NCBI GenBank assembly: GCA_043719805.1
Contig: JAYSTI010000055.1
Location: forward strand, 2,760-66,759
Reading direction: 5' to 3'
Source: Candidatus Lloydbacteria bacterium
GTDB lineage: Bacteria; Patescibacteriota; Minisyncoccia; Phycocordibacterales; UBA6899
DNA length: 64,000 nucleotides
Program-made: the position numbers and the translations under genes
Shown: one piece after another, positions 1-9,187 of the stretch
Numbering within the stretch: position 1 is the stretch's first letter
How the letters are laid out: each line of letters begins with the position of its first letter
The notes under the pieces: generated by a model
Told to the model about the DNA's origin: nothing
Database searches by the model: none
What the model saw: the letters and a program-made list of their open reading frames with translations, nothing else

Positions 1-717
1 AGCTGAGTCGGTGATGCGCTTTCCCATCGCGTCGTAGAGGTAGACATCGTTCAATGTTGTGTCTGACGAGATACCTGTTCTCTTGAACTTGAGCATCGTC
101 ACCTTCGCAGCGGCTGAGCTACCATTCGAGATCTTGAAGACCGCGAGTGATGCTACGCCCTGAGGAGAGATGAGTGTGCGAGAGGTAGGAGAAGAAGCAT
201 CAAGTGACGCCATGACTCCGGTGCCCATAACGACAGGAGTTGTTCCTGGTGTTACTGGTGTTCCCGGTGTCACTACGACCACTGGTGCTGATGCATTCAG
301 TGCTGCGCGTGACTTAGGTCCAACATAGCCTGCTGCGGGCATGATGCCTGCTGCGGTCTGCCATGCTGCGACTGCTGATTTTGTGAGTCCTCCGAAATAT
401 CCCATCGCGACGCCGGCTGGCATCATGAGGTGACCTTTCGAAACGAGAAGTGTCTGAAGTGCGGTGACGTCTGCACCCTTCGATCCCAATGTGAGATCTG
501 CGGAGAAGACGTAGCCTGCAGTTACCGGAGTAACCGTTGTGCCACTCTGTGCAGCCTGAAGGGCTGACACCTGAGCAAGCAGCGCGTTGATCTGAGCTGT
601 AAGATCGCTGATAGCGTCTGCTGATGCGACCGATGGTCCCATCATCATGACTGCAGTTGCGATGCCTACGAATCCAGAAACGACTTTCGCCGTTTTCGTA
701 TTCTTAAAATTCATCAT
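1..717 (-). CDS. Large secreted/surface protein with peptidoglycan-binding domain (5' part only; runs off window)
   Basis: Not in ORF track. Manual translation from ATG 717: MMNFKNTKTAKVVSGFVGIATAVMMMGPSVASA (signal peptide), DLTAQINALLAQVSALQ coiled coil, DLTLGSKGADVTALQTLL...GYFGGLTKSAVAAWQ...GYVGPKSRAALN (PG_binding_1-like), then a Thr/Pro/Val linker; open to position 1. Confidence 0.85.
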   Translation of the reverse strand, partial: MMNFKNTKTAKVVSGFVGIATAVMMMGPSVASADAISDLTAQINALLAQVSALQAAQSGTTVTPVTAGYVFSADLTLGSKGADVTALQTLLVSKGHLMMPAGVAMGYFGGLTKSAVAAWQTAAGIMPAAGYVGPKSRAALNASAPVVVVTPGTPVTPGTTPVVMGTGVMASLDASSPTSRTLISPQGVASLAVFKISNGSSAAAKVTMLKFKRTGISSDTTLNDVYLYDAMGKRITDSA

Positions 718-1075
718 ATATTGTCTGCTTGTTAATGTGCTGTAGATAATACAGCGGCGAACCTACTAATAACTTTCTTATAATCACGGTTAAGTAGTGC
801 ACGATGATATTTCTTTCTCACTGCCGCAAGGCTGGAGCAGAAAATATTTTTCGTCACTGGTCGTTCATTGAATTGAACGAATAACAGAATCCGTGATCCC
901 CTGATTGCTCAGAGAACCATACATCCGCTATTCAGTTTTCAATGAGCTATCCATTTTGCTTTCCTCCATACGGTTCTTCTCGCATTACTGCAAGAAAATG
1001 TATCGCGTTGTTATCTGTACAAACATACAAAGACAGAATAACTCTGCTCTCGAAAGCACAATATAATTATAGTAT
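718..1075 (-). promoter_or_regulatory. Long structured 5' leader of the surface-protein gene with a boxA-like motif
   Basis: TATAAT -10 near 1067-1072 (minus). Hairpins CTGA-GCAA-TCAG, TCGTTCA..TGAACGA, GCTGTA..TACAGC; long-range ATCACGG/CCGTGAT; GCTCATTGAAAACTGAATA at 929-947. Confidence 0.5.
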
Positions 1076-1357
1076 TTCCCTCACTTTTTCGCTAAGCAAA
1101 TAACGATAAGATTGTGGATAACATTTCGTACAGTAACGCACTGTTTTTAATGCCCCAAAAGAGAATACTTGCGTGCACCATCCCTGGCACACGCAGGGGC
1201 ATAGTACACGCAAGTCCATAGGTAGGTCAAACGATTCTACGGCCTGCCTGCGATGTATTTAGGACGTTCCGGCGGGTCTATCGGACATTAAGGTGCTCAG
1301 CTCTTAACGGTTTCGCCCACCAAAGCCAACGTGGGACCTTTGGCGGCCCCATGCCAT

Positions 1358-1385
1358 AAAAGACACTCGCAAAAGTGTCTTTTAT
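1358..1385. terminator. Intrinsic terminator, potentially bidirectional
   Basis: AAAAGACACT-cgcaaa-AGTGTCTTTT followed by T-rich run. Confidence 0.7.
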
Positions 1386-1481
1386 TTATGTCTTTTATGT
1401 GGGTATTTTGGTACCTAGAAATAGGGCACAAAATATGGGGTATATTCAAGGACTAAATGCCTCCAACGCCCCTCCTAATGC

Positions 1482-2447
1482 CTAGCCTTCGCGGAGGGAG
1501 TATGTAGACCAGCGGCGTTCTCCTTTCTTTACTAGTGTTCCCTCTTCAACCATGGAGAGGAGTTCGCGCTGAATGGTCTTCTCGGAGATACCGGGGATGC
1601 TCTTTGCGATGTCGCCGACAGTGATGGCGGGCTTCTGCTTGATGAGGGCGAGGATGATTTTGCGTCTGTCGTCGCGGGTCACATCGGGGCGCGAGCGGGC
1701 GATGACGTCGCGGTCGGAGATAACGAGGCGAGGGGCAGCCCAAGTACGCTCGGGTTGGGGAGTTGGAATGCTGGGTGCTCGCGGGGAGACTACCGGGATT
1801 TGTTGCATGGGAAATGAAGTGCTTTCCTCTATTGGTATTTTAGGTGCCATTGGTGGAACTACCGGGGTTTGCGACATCGCCAAGGTGACACCTTCCAGGG
1901 CCAAGGAATCACCTTTGCGCTGCGCCGAGACGACACCTTGGGGCTGTGTTGGGGTGAAGTGCTTCTCCTCCCTCACAATTGGCTCTTCCAGTGCAGGCGC
2001 ATCGTGCGGTACTTCAAAGAAACGCTCACTGAGAATCGTCTTGCTGCGCTCTTGCATGCGGCTCCATTCTGCCTCAACACCATCTTTGAGCGCGAGGTAT
2101 TCTTTGCGAAGCATGGAGGCATTCATCTCACTCACCAAATGCGTTGAGGTCGCGACGTCGAGAAAAGAAACGAGCTTCTCAATCTTCTTTAGGACAACGC
2201 GGAGCATGCTCATTTTCTCGCTCGAAGAAGTGGCCGCGGCAACGGTTATGTCGGAAAGTACTTCGACGCCAACCTCACGTGTCTTCCATTTCATCGGCTC
2301 CTTGTCCGGAAGAATGTCTGTGACGATATAAAGCGCGGTGGTAAGCTTCTCGGCCTTTCGGACAATATACCCATAGCCATGAAAGGCTTTTGGCTCATGT
2401 CCAGTGTTATTGCTTCTGTTCTGCTGATTGTCCTTTTGATGTTCCAT
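1482..2447 (-). CDS. CPR-type protein: N-terminal helical bundle, Pro-rich linker, C-terminal DeoR-like winged HTH
   Basis: C-terminus RRKIILALIKQKPAITVGDIAKSIPGISEKTIQRELLSMVEEGTLVKKGERRWSTYSL; TTGACT-17-GATATT promoter at ~2472-2500. Confidence 0.8.
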   Translation of the reverse strand: MEHQKDNQQNRSNNTGHEPKAFHGYGYIVRKAEKLTTALYIVTDILPDKEPMKWKTREVGVEVLSDITVAAATSSSEKMSMLRVVLKKIEKLVSFLDVATSTHLVSEMNASMLRKEYLALKDGVEAEWSRMQERSKTILSERFFEVPHDAPALEEPIVREEKHFTPTQPQGVVSAQRKGDSLALEGVTLAMSQTPVVPPMAPKIPIEESTSFPMQQIPVVSPRAPSIPTPQPERTWAAPRLVISDRDVIARSRPDVTRDDRRKIILALIKQKPAITVGDIAKSIPGISEKTIQRELLSMVEEGTLVKKGERRWSTYSLREG

Positions 2448-2632
2448 ATAGTGTCCTTAAATTGTCCTTACGTAATATCACACATTGTAATAAAAGTCAA
2501 ACGATATCTGTTTTTGTGTCCTTGAACACGGCAGGAGCAATAATTTATGTCTATCATACTCACTGATGCTCAAATGTCCAATAGTGTCTTATTGGGGTGT
2601 GGAATATGATAAAGACTACCTGTGGATAAGTG

Positions 2633-2788
2633 GCGCTCCGGCAATACACTACTGCGGGACACGCCTTCAATTGCCCCAGCGGGCAATTGTTGCTCTGCTC
2701 GGTCGGGCGACTTTTCTCAAAGCAGAAAAGACCATGCTCGCCCTTCCCTGCGCAAGTCCCCGCAGCAGTGTATTGCCTCCGCTAGGAG
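2633..2788. repeat. Structured dispersed element, copy 1 (ACCANGC family)
   Basis: Outer stem GCAATACACT.CTGCGGG / CCCGCAG.AGTGTATTGC; hairpin CAATTGCCC-cagc-GGGCAATTG; GGGCGA[CTTTTCT caaagc AGAAAAG]ACCATGC-TCGCCC. Confidence 0.75.
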
Positions 2789-3147
2789 AAAATTCGAATG
2801 TATATCTGTGGGGTCTCTGGCAATGACGTACCGTCCTCACTGGAAAGAGAATGCTGCCGCGGTCCGTGGCCTCTCAAAAAACAATCCCTCGCTCCGCAAG
2901 AACTTATACCATCCCCAACTAATCATTTCCGACAATCCTTCAGAATCTTGGGCTACGATGAGGAGAAAAATCCTCGACATATCCCGATATGCCTCGTATT
3001 TTTCTCACCATCTCGCCACAAGATTCTGAACGCTATCAGAAAGCATTAATTGGGGGTGGTATTATTTGAATATTCATTTTGAAAAAGGAAATTTATCTGT
3101 GAGAATTAACCATGAGGTGCTAAAATCAGAGCAAATTAAATACTGCT

Positions 3148-5466
3148 ATGGCAAAAAAAATAAAAAAGCGAATAGAGAAGAATGGGGAGAAAAAAGAGCG
3201 AAAGAATAACGCTGACTCCACATCAAAAAAGAAAGGGCTCTGGGGAGGACTCCGCGAGGAGACGAGAAATTCTATCATTGGAATTTTGATGTTCATCGTC
3301 GCGGTGGTGTTGCTCTTTTCTGCAATCGGGAACGGCGGGAAACTTGGCGGGACTGTCTACAAGGGAATTCATTTTTTGTTCGGGCTCGGCTACTACGTCG
3401 TGCCGCTTCTCTTTGTGCTTCTCGGCATCAACTTCTTTCGTGCAAGAGAGCGTAGCTTCGCAATGCCCGCGCTTGTGGCAGGGCCATTCTTTATTCTGTC
3501 AGCACTTGGATTGCTTTCGGAAATGAGCATAGCGAGTGGAACTTTGGGATACGGTGGATTCGTCGGCTACTACATTGCGATGCCGATGATAGCACTCTTT
3601 GCCTCCACTCTCACCGCAATCATGCTTGTGACGGTACTCCTCATCGCAGTACTGATTCTCTTTGATATGCCGCTGCATCTTGGGTTTGTACTTTCATTAT
3701 TTAAATTATTGCGCCCGACGAAGCGCGACGAGCTTGTCGGCGATGAGATCGATACAAGCATCGACCCTGAGGAAGCTGCGACCGTGACTATCTCGCTCAA
3801 AAATCCGCCGATAGAGGCGGAGGTTCCTGATGTGGGAGAGATCTCTCCGGCGCCAAAGGCATCGCTTTTTGCGAAGACAAACAAGACTGAGGCAAAAGTA
3901 AGAGCCGACGATGTGCCGTTCCGCTTCAACTCGACACTCCACTCCACATACATTCCTCCCCCGCTCGCACTCCTTGCGCACGATAAGGGAAAGCCGGGAT
4001 TTGGGGACATCAAGGCGAATGCGAACATCATCAAGCGTTCGTTTCAGAACTTCGGCATCCACGTCGAAATGGACGAGGTGTCGGTCGGGCCATCCATCAC
4101 GCGCTATGCGCTCAAGCCAGCAGAGGGAGTGCGCCTTTCGAAGATAACGACACTCCAACACGACCTCGAGCTTGCGCTTGCCGCGGCTCCTATTCGCATC
4201 GAGGCGCCCATCCCGGGGAAATCGCTCGTGGGTATTGAAATGCCGAACACCACAAAGTCGACGGTTGGCCTCGGGACGCTTCTCGCAGAAGCAGAGTGGG
4301 CGGCGAATCCGAATCCACTTTATGTCCCCCTAGGAAAAGGCATCTCCGGACAAGCGCAATTCATGAATATCGCAAAGATGCCGCACGTCATGGTCGCAGG
4401 GGCAACTGGCTCGGGAAAGTCTGTGACGATGCACACCATCATTACCGCGCTGCTGTACAGAAATTCCCCGGAGCTACTGCGCTTCATCATGGTGGACCCA
4501 AAACGCGTTGAGCTTACCCTCTATAATGGTATCCCCCACCTCCTTACCCCAGTCGTGACCGAAGCAAAGAAGGCCATTCTCACACTCAAGTGGGCCACAA
4601 AAGAGATGGACAGACGATATGACGTACTTCAAGAAAACAAAGTGCGAGATGTCGCTTCGTACCATAAAACGATTCTTCAACCGGCGCTTGAAAAATTTGA
4701 GAAACAAAAGGCGGAAGGAAAGATCGGTGAGGGAGAGGAGCCGGAACTGCCGGAACTCATGCCATATATTGTCATAATCATCGATGAATTGGCGGACCTC
4801 ATGTCGGCATATCCTCGCGAGCTTGAGGCGGCCATTGTGCGATTGGCGCAGATGAGCCGCGCTGTGGGAATACATTTGATGATTGCGACACAGCGACCAT
4901 CGGTCAACGTCATCACGGGACTCATCAAGGCAAATATCCCCGCTCGTATCGCACTACAGGTCGCGTCACAGATAGATTCGCGCACCATTCTTGATACATC
5001 GGGAGCGGAAAATCTGTTGGGTGCGGGCGACATGCTTTATCTTTCTGCGGAAATGCCGAAACCTATCCGTCTACAGTCCGCGTTTATTTCCGAGAACGAA
5101 GTGAAGAACGTCGTGAAATTCCTTAAGGATCACTACGACGGGACTTTGGGCGATGAGATAAATGTCACGAAAGATACCGAAAACAGGAACGCCTACTTTG
5201 ACGGCATCCCCGAGGGTGAGATATCGCCGGACAATGACGATGAAGGGGAAGATGACAAATATGATGCGGCAAAAGAACTCGTGATGAAGGAGGGCAAGGC
5301 TTCGACGTCATATTTGCAACGACGACTCGGACTCGGATATGCGCGCGCAGCACGCATCATGGATATTCTTGAGGAAAAAGGAGTAATCGGGCCGGGCGAG
5401 GGGGCGAAACCGCGAACAGTATTGCAGCGAAATGGAGATGAAGGGTTTGGGCGCGAGCCAGAATAG
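3148..5466 (+). CDS. ftsK: DNA translocase FtsK/SpoIIIE
   Basis: N-terminal TM segments; PHVMVAGATGSGKS Walker A; IIIDELADLM Walker B; C-terminal gamma domain ASTSYLQRRLGLGYARAARIMD. Confidence 0.97.
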   Translation: MAKKIKKRIEKNGEKKERKNNADSTSKKKGLWGGLREETRNSIIGILMFIVAVVLLFSAIGNGGKLGGTVYKGIHFLFGLGYYVVPLLFVLLGINFFRARERSFAMPALVAGPFFILSALGLLSEMSIASGTLGYGGFVGYYIAMPMIALFASTLTAIMLVTVLLIAVLILFDMPLHLGFVLSLFKLLRPTKRDELVGDEIDTSIDPEEAATVTISLKNPPIEAEVPDVGEISPAPKASLFAKTNKTEAKVRADDVPFRFNSTLHSTYIPPPLALLAHDKGKPGFGDIKANANIIKRSFQNFGIHVEMDEVSVGPSITRYALKPAEGVRLSKITTLQHDLELALAAAPIRIEAPIPGKSLVGIEMPNTTKSTVGLGTLLAEAEWAANPNPLYVPLGKGISGQAQFMNIAKMPHVMVAGATGSGKSVTMHTIITALLYRNSPELLRFIMVDPKRVELTLYNGIPHLLTPVVTEAKKAILTLKWATKEMDRRYDVLQENKVRDVASYHKTILQPALEKFEKQKAEGKIGEGEEPELPELMPYIVIIIDELADLMSAYPRELEAAIVRLAQMSRAVGIHLMIATQRPSVNVITGLIKANIPARIALQVASQIDSRTILDTSGAENLLGAGDMLYLSAEMPKPIRLQSAFISENEVKNVVKFLKDHYDGTLGDEINVTKDTENRNAYFDGIPEGEISPDNDDEGEDDKYDAAKELVMKEGKASTSYLQRRLGLGYARAARIMDILEEKGVIGPGEGAKPRTVLQRNGDEGFGREPE

Positions 5467-5813
5467 CGCTCGGGCTATCGTGTTTTGAAACTCATGTCAG
5501 TCGTCGTACCAACGCAGTACACCTTTTGGCTATTCCAGAAAATAGCTCAAAAGGTCTTGCGCCACTCGCCCATCAGAATGGGACCCTCAATCGTGGCTCA
5601 CCCCAGCCGGCGACTGCATTCTCTCTCGAAGGAAAATCCTGCCTCGGAAGGCAGGAACCATGCTTTTCCCTCCGTACCGGAGCTGTACACCTTTTGGAGA
5701 TTTCTGAAAATCTCTCAAAAGGTCTTGCGCTGTGGCACCCACAAAGCTGGGTACCCAATAGCCACAGCTCACTCCTCGGCGGTTTCAAAACTCGATAACC
5801 CTCGCCAAAGAGC
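5466..5813. repeat. Structured dispersed element, copy 2 (expanded, with internal duplicated module)
   Basis: Terminal IR GGGCTATCGTGTTTTGAAAC / GTTTCAAAACTCGATAACCC; ACCATGC module at 5657-5663; two copies of GTACACCTTTTGG..TCAAAAGGTCTTGCGC at ~5514-5562 and ~5682-5730. Confidence 0.8.
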
Positions 5814-5848
5814 CTCGTGGACAGAGTGGATAGAGAAAGGAAAAAGAA

Positions 5849-5878
5849 AAAACCGCGCCATCTTGATGGTGCGGTTTT
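5849..5878. terminator. Bidirectional intrinsic terminator
   Basis: AAAACCGCGCCATC-tt-GATGGTGCGGTTTT between convergent genes. Confidence 0.75.
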
Positions 5879-5880
5879 GG

Positions 5881-6099
5881 TTAACGCTTGCGGCGGGCGA
5901 CCTGCTTCGCCTTCTTCTTTTGCCGGCGCTTGAGTGCGATGCGAACGGCCGACGCATTTCCCCTCCCATTTTTGGGCGGGCTTTGATTGGGAAAAAGGCT
6001 GTTCCCCAGGTGCAGCAGTGGTGCCGATTGCGCCGCACTGCCCGCAAAAAGCGTTACAGCAAGTGCTGCGATGGACCTGAAAATTGAAAAGTGGGACAT
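5881..6099 (-). CDS. Small secreted peptide with strongly basic C-terminus
   Basis: MSHFSIFRSIAALAVTLFAGSAAQSA signal-like N-terminus; tail KRRQKKKAKQVARRKR; AAGAGGA SD just after upstream stop; ends at terminator. Confidence 0.55.
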   Translation of the reverse strand: MSHFSIFRSIAALAVTLFAGSAAQSAPLLHLGNSLFPNQSPPKNGRGNASAVRIALKRRQKKKAKQVARRKR

Positions 6100-6113
6100 C
6101 GGTGCCATTCCTC

Positions 6114-6458
6114 TTAGGCACCCGACACGCACTGAAGAATCGTGTGCGCATAGGCTTCGATTTCAGCAACGCGCCTTTCAGTGAGCCTCATTTCGGCAAG
6201 CTCAGTCTTGGCAAAATCAACGCAAGCGCTGAGTGACGACTGGAGCTCAACAAACACCTTGTCCTCCATTTCACGGAGCGGAGCAAGTACGGCCTCCACG
6301 CGGAGAGCGAAGGCCTCCTGCTCTGCCATGAGGCGCTCCCAAACGGTCTGTGCGTATTCGTTGGCGGAGTTGTTGGCGTACATCTGCCCTCTCGTCAACT
6401 GAAAGTGCACTTCATTGGAGAGGCCGGTTTCTTTGGCCGAAAAACGAGTGATTTGCAT
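6114..6458 (-). CDS. Hypothetical helical/coiled-coil protein (SD-led)
   Basis: Start re-called at ATG 6458 (MQITRF) after GAAGGA; promoter TTGACA-16-CATAAT at 6499-6526. Confidence 0.65.
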   Translation of the reverse strand: MQITRFSAKETGLSNEVHFQLTRGQMYANNSANEYAQTVWERLMAEQEAFALRVEAVLAPLREMEDKVFVELQSSLSACVDFAKTELAEMRLTERRVAEIEAYAHTILQCVSGA

Positions 6459-6608
6459 TGCGGTTCCTTCTGTTGTGATGTGCGAGAATTCTGACGCAAT
6501 TATGCTTGCTTTCACATATTTGTCAAACAATTTCCGCACACGGGGGCATGTGTAGGGTACCCCTATACAAGATTTCCGATTTTAGGCATGCTCGTGTATA
6601 TATAGAGC

Positions 6609-6980
6609 ATGAGACTTACGTTCAAAAAGATACTTTCGGTCGGTTCCGGACTCCTCATTGTCCTAATCATCGTGTTCTATGCGTACTATCAATCCCGCTC
6701 CATCATCGCCGGCCCGATTATCGTGCTCTCGGAACCCGAAAACAATACTACGTCGAAAACCGCACTTATTGTCGTGCGCGGCGTTGCAACACACGCAAAG
6801 GAACTAACGCTTCAGGGGCGGCAGATATTCATCGACCTTGAAGGTAGGTTTGCCGAGCAGTTGTTGCTCTCCCCCGGCTACAATATAATAGAACTCACCG
6901 CACGCGACACCTCGGGAAGACAGATAGTAAAAAATCTCGAACTCGTGTACCAGCCCGTTGCGAGTAGTACGCAAATTTAA
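6609..6980 (+). CDS. Membrane-anchored Ig-like domain protein (CPR-typical)
   Basis: N-terminal TM, GPIIVLSEPENN..VRGVA..GRFAEQLLLSPGYNIIELTARD beta-sandwich pattern. Confidence 0.75.
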   Translation: MRLTFKKILSVGSGLLIVLIIVFYAYYQSRSIIAGPIIVLSEPENNTTSKTALIVVRGVATHAKELTLQGRQIFIDLEGRFAEQLLLSPGYNIIELTARDTSGRQIVKNLELVYQPVASSTQI

Positions 6981-7002
6981 TATTATTTTTAATTAAAATT
7001 TC

Positions 7003-8088
7003 ATGGCAGGTTTTGTAAAAAAAGTGAAAAAGGAGAAATCAGAAGCAGAGCGCTCAGGTACGATGGGTATCGACGCGACCATAAAATCAATCCAGACAAA
7101 ATTCGGCGAAGGGGCAATCATCAAACTGGGAGACGCGCCGAAGGTGAACATCGACTCTATCTCGACCGGCTCTATCGGGCTTGATCACGCACTCGGCGTG
7201 GGCGGGATTCCTCAGGGTCGCATCGTGGAAATATTCGGACCGGAGTCCTCAGGAAAGACGACACTCGCACTCCATATCGTCGCGGAAGCACAAAAGAAGG
7301 GCGGAGTCGCGGCATTCATTGATGCCGAGCACGCACTCGACCCGGACTACGCAAAGAAACTCGGCGTGAAGATTGATCAGTTGCTTCTCGCACAGCCGGA
7401 CACCGGAGAGCAGGCACTCGAAATCTGCGAGTCGCTCGTGCGCTCAGGAAATGTTTCCGTCATCGTCATCGACTCTGTCGCCGCACTTACTCCAAAGGAT
7501 GAAATCGAAGGAGACATGGGTGCGCAGCACGTCGGCAAACAAGCACGGCTCATGTCACAAGCACTCCGTAAATTGACGGCAATCGTTTCCAAGACTCATA
7601 CCACCGTCATCTTCATCAATCAGATACGCATGCAAATCGGCGTAATGTTTGGTAACCCCGAGACCACCCCGGGAGGAAAGGCGCTCAAGTTTTACACCTC
7701 GGTGCGCATCGACATTCGTAAAATTGCGCAGATAAAAAAGGGCGAGGATGTCATCGGTAGCCGCACACGTGCCAAGGTAGTCAAAAATAAAGTTGCGGCG
7801 CCGTTCAAGCAAGCGGAATTCGACCTTGTGTACAACGAAGGCATCTCTCGAGAAAGTGAAATGCTGATGTTCGGAGAAAAGTACGGTCTCATCAAGAAAA
7901 TGGGTTCATCGTATTCGTACGGAGACCTCAAGATTGGACGCGGATATGATTCAGCCCGAGTGTTTCTCAAGGAAAACAAGGCTGTATCGAAAGAAATAGT
8001 AAAAGAGATATTGAAGCAGATGAAGACTGATGATTCTTTCAGCGTTTCGGGAAGTGCGGCGGAGAAAGAAGAGGGGGCGCCCGAATAG
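7003..8088 (+). CDS. recA: Recombinase RecA
   Basis: [45 protein letters not shown]. Confidence 0.99.
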   Translation: MAGFVKKVKKEKSEAERSGTMGIDATIKSIQTKFGEGAIIKLGDAPKVNIDSISTGSIGLDHALGVGGIPQGRIVEIFGPESSGKTTLALHIVAEAQKKGGVAAFIDAEHALDPDYAKKLGVKIDQLLLAQPDTGEQALEICESLVRSGNVSVIVIDSVAALTPKDEIEGDMGAQHVGKQARLMSQALRKLTAIVSKTHTTVIFINQIRMQIGVMFGNPETTPGGKALKFYTSVRIDIRKIAQIKKGEDVIGSRTRAKVVKNKVAAPFKQAEFDLVYNEGISRESEMLMFGEKYGLIKKMGSSYSYGDLKIGRGYDSARVFLKENKAVSKEIVKEILKQMKTDDSFSVSGSAAEKEEGAPE

Positions 8089-8092
8089 TGGT

Positions 8093-8237
8093 CACTCGGG
8101 AAGTAAGTGATTTCGGAGCAACCTTGCCACCTCCCTGCGGGTGGCAAGGCGGTCCTCGACGAATTTCGCCAGCTGCTGGCGAACCAGGCAATTCGTCTGT
8201 GGAGTCTCCAAAATCACTTACTCCCCTCGCTTAAGAG
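8093..8237. repeat. Structured dispersed element, copy 3
   Basis: Outer stem AGTAAGTGATTTCGGAG / CTCCAAAATCACTTACT; hairpin CCTTGCCACC..GGTGGCAAGG; GACGAATT[TCGCCAGC t GCTGGCGA]ACCAGGC-AATTCGTC; end CCCTCGCTTAAGAG. Confidence 0.78.
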
Positions 8238-8310
8238 GAAGATTCTCCCGGCAGGCAAACCCGTGCGGAAATTCACAAAACTAACCACCATCATTTTAAA
8301 GCAATGTATT

Positions 8311-8340
8311 AAAAAGACCCCCACTTGTGCGGGGGTTTTT
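8311..8340. terminator. Bidirectional intrinsic terminator
   Basis: AAAAAGACCCCC-acttgtgc-GGGGGTTTTT. Confidence 0.7.
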
Positions 8341-8359
8341 GCTGTCTGTGTCTCGAATG

Positions 8360-8698
8360 TTATGGATAGTGGTCTTCGAGCTCCACCGTTGCCTTCATGC
8401 TCGCATCGTATACCGCGCGATCGAAAACGGAGAGTGACGATTCATCAGAAACGCTAAACTGCAGAAGGATGTAGGCCGAATGACGCTGGAGCGCATCAAA
8501 TATCCGCCTCATGTGCAACGAGAGCTCCGCCTTCTGTGCGTGCGGGAGCGCTGAAAGCGACTCCGCTTTGTAGTGCGAGAGAAAATCTCTCATTGCCTTG
8601 CATTGCGGAACACCTGCATATTCTCGCACCGCAGTTCGGTATGTGGCAGCAAGACTGGAAGCGGCAAACTGCAACCGCATGTCAACGACGTCGCCCAT
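8360..8698 (-). CDS. Hypothetical protein (SD-led)
   Basis: GAGGAG 7 nt before ATG 8698 (MGDVVDMRLQ); ends at terminator. Confidence 0.6.
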   Translation of the reverse strand: MGDVVDMRLQFAASSLAATYRTAVREYAGVPQCKAMRDFLSHYKAESLSALPHAQKAELSLHMRRIFDALQRHSAYILLQFSVSDESSLSVFDRAVYDASMKATVELEDHYP

Positions 8699-8833
8699 GA
8701 TGGCACTCCTCAAAAAATGTCTCTATTTGCATTAAAGCACCACGGCGGCAATTGTCCATGGGTATTCATAAAAAACAAAAAAACGCTTGGATGGGGCGCT
8801 TTTTTGACAATATATGATGTGGGTCCGAACTTG

Positions 8834-9187
8834 TTAAAAATAGGAGTGCCGAGTTTTCCCAAGAAAGTCTGATGCGAGCCAAGCAAGAAGGACCATTGCA
8901 CCGAAGAAGAGCCCTACTGCCGTCACCTCCGCATTCATAAATGCATCGCGCATAAATGCGAGGTTGCGAGGAACGTCGGTTAGGCTTGGTACGTTCTCTA
9001 GTACGTTTAAGTACGAGATGTAGGCCGTCGAACGCCAGAAAAAGACAATTGCGATGAGCGCCTTCAGAAACAACGGATTCAGCACGGTGCGAATTGCATA
9101 CACGAAGTAGATGCGACGCATGATACGTTTCGTGAGTCTGTTATTCATCTTTTCGATAGAGTCGTTCATTTTTTTGCCAATTGGCAT
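8834..9187 (-). CDS. Small membrane protein, probable anti-sigma partner
   Basis: TAATG stop/start overlap with ECF sigma gene; two hydrophobic segments. Confidence 0.65.
   Translation of the reverse strand: MPIGKKMNDSIEKMNNRLTKRIMRRIYFVYAIRTVLNPLFLKALIAIVFFWRSTAYISYLNVLENVPSLTDVPRNLAFMRDAFMNAEVTAVGLFFGAMVLLAWLASDFLGKTRHSYF

Noticed and set aside
2566-3049. Three overlapping short ORFs upstream of ftsK
   Set aside because: They overlap structured element copy 1, with no recognisable motifs or start signals.
5514-5730. Two ~49-bp palindromic direct repeats as a CRISPR array
   Set aside because: Only two copies, a ~120-bp structured spacer, and no cas genes; better explained as modules of the structured element.
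5466-5813. Retron msr-msd (inverted-repeat-bounded structured RNA)
   Set aside because: No reverse transcriptase in the window, and related elements are dispersed at unrelated genes.
5485-6087. 200-aa + strand ORF and overlapping minus-strand ORFs
   Set aside because: They run across the palindromic element and a terminator, with no protein-like features.
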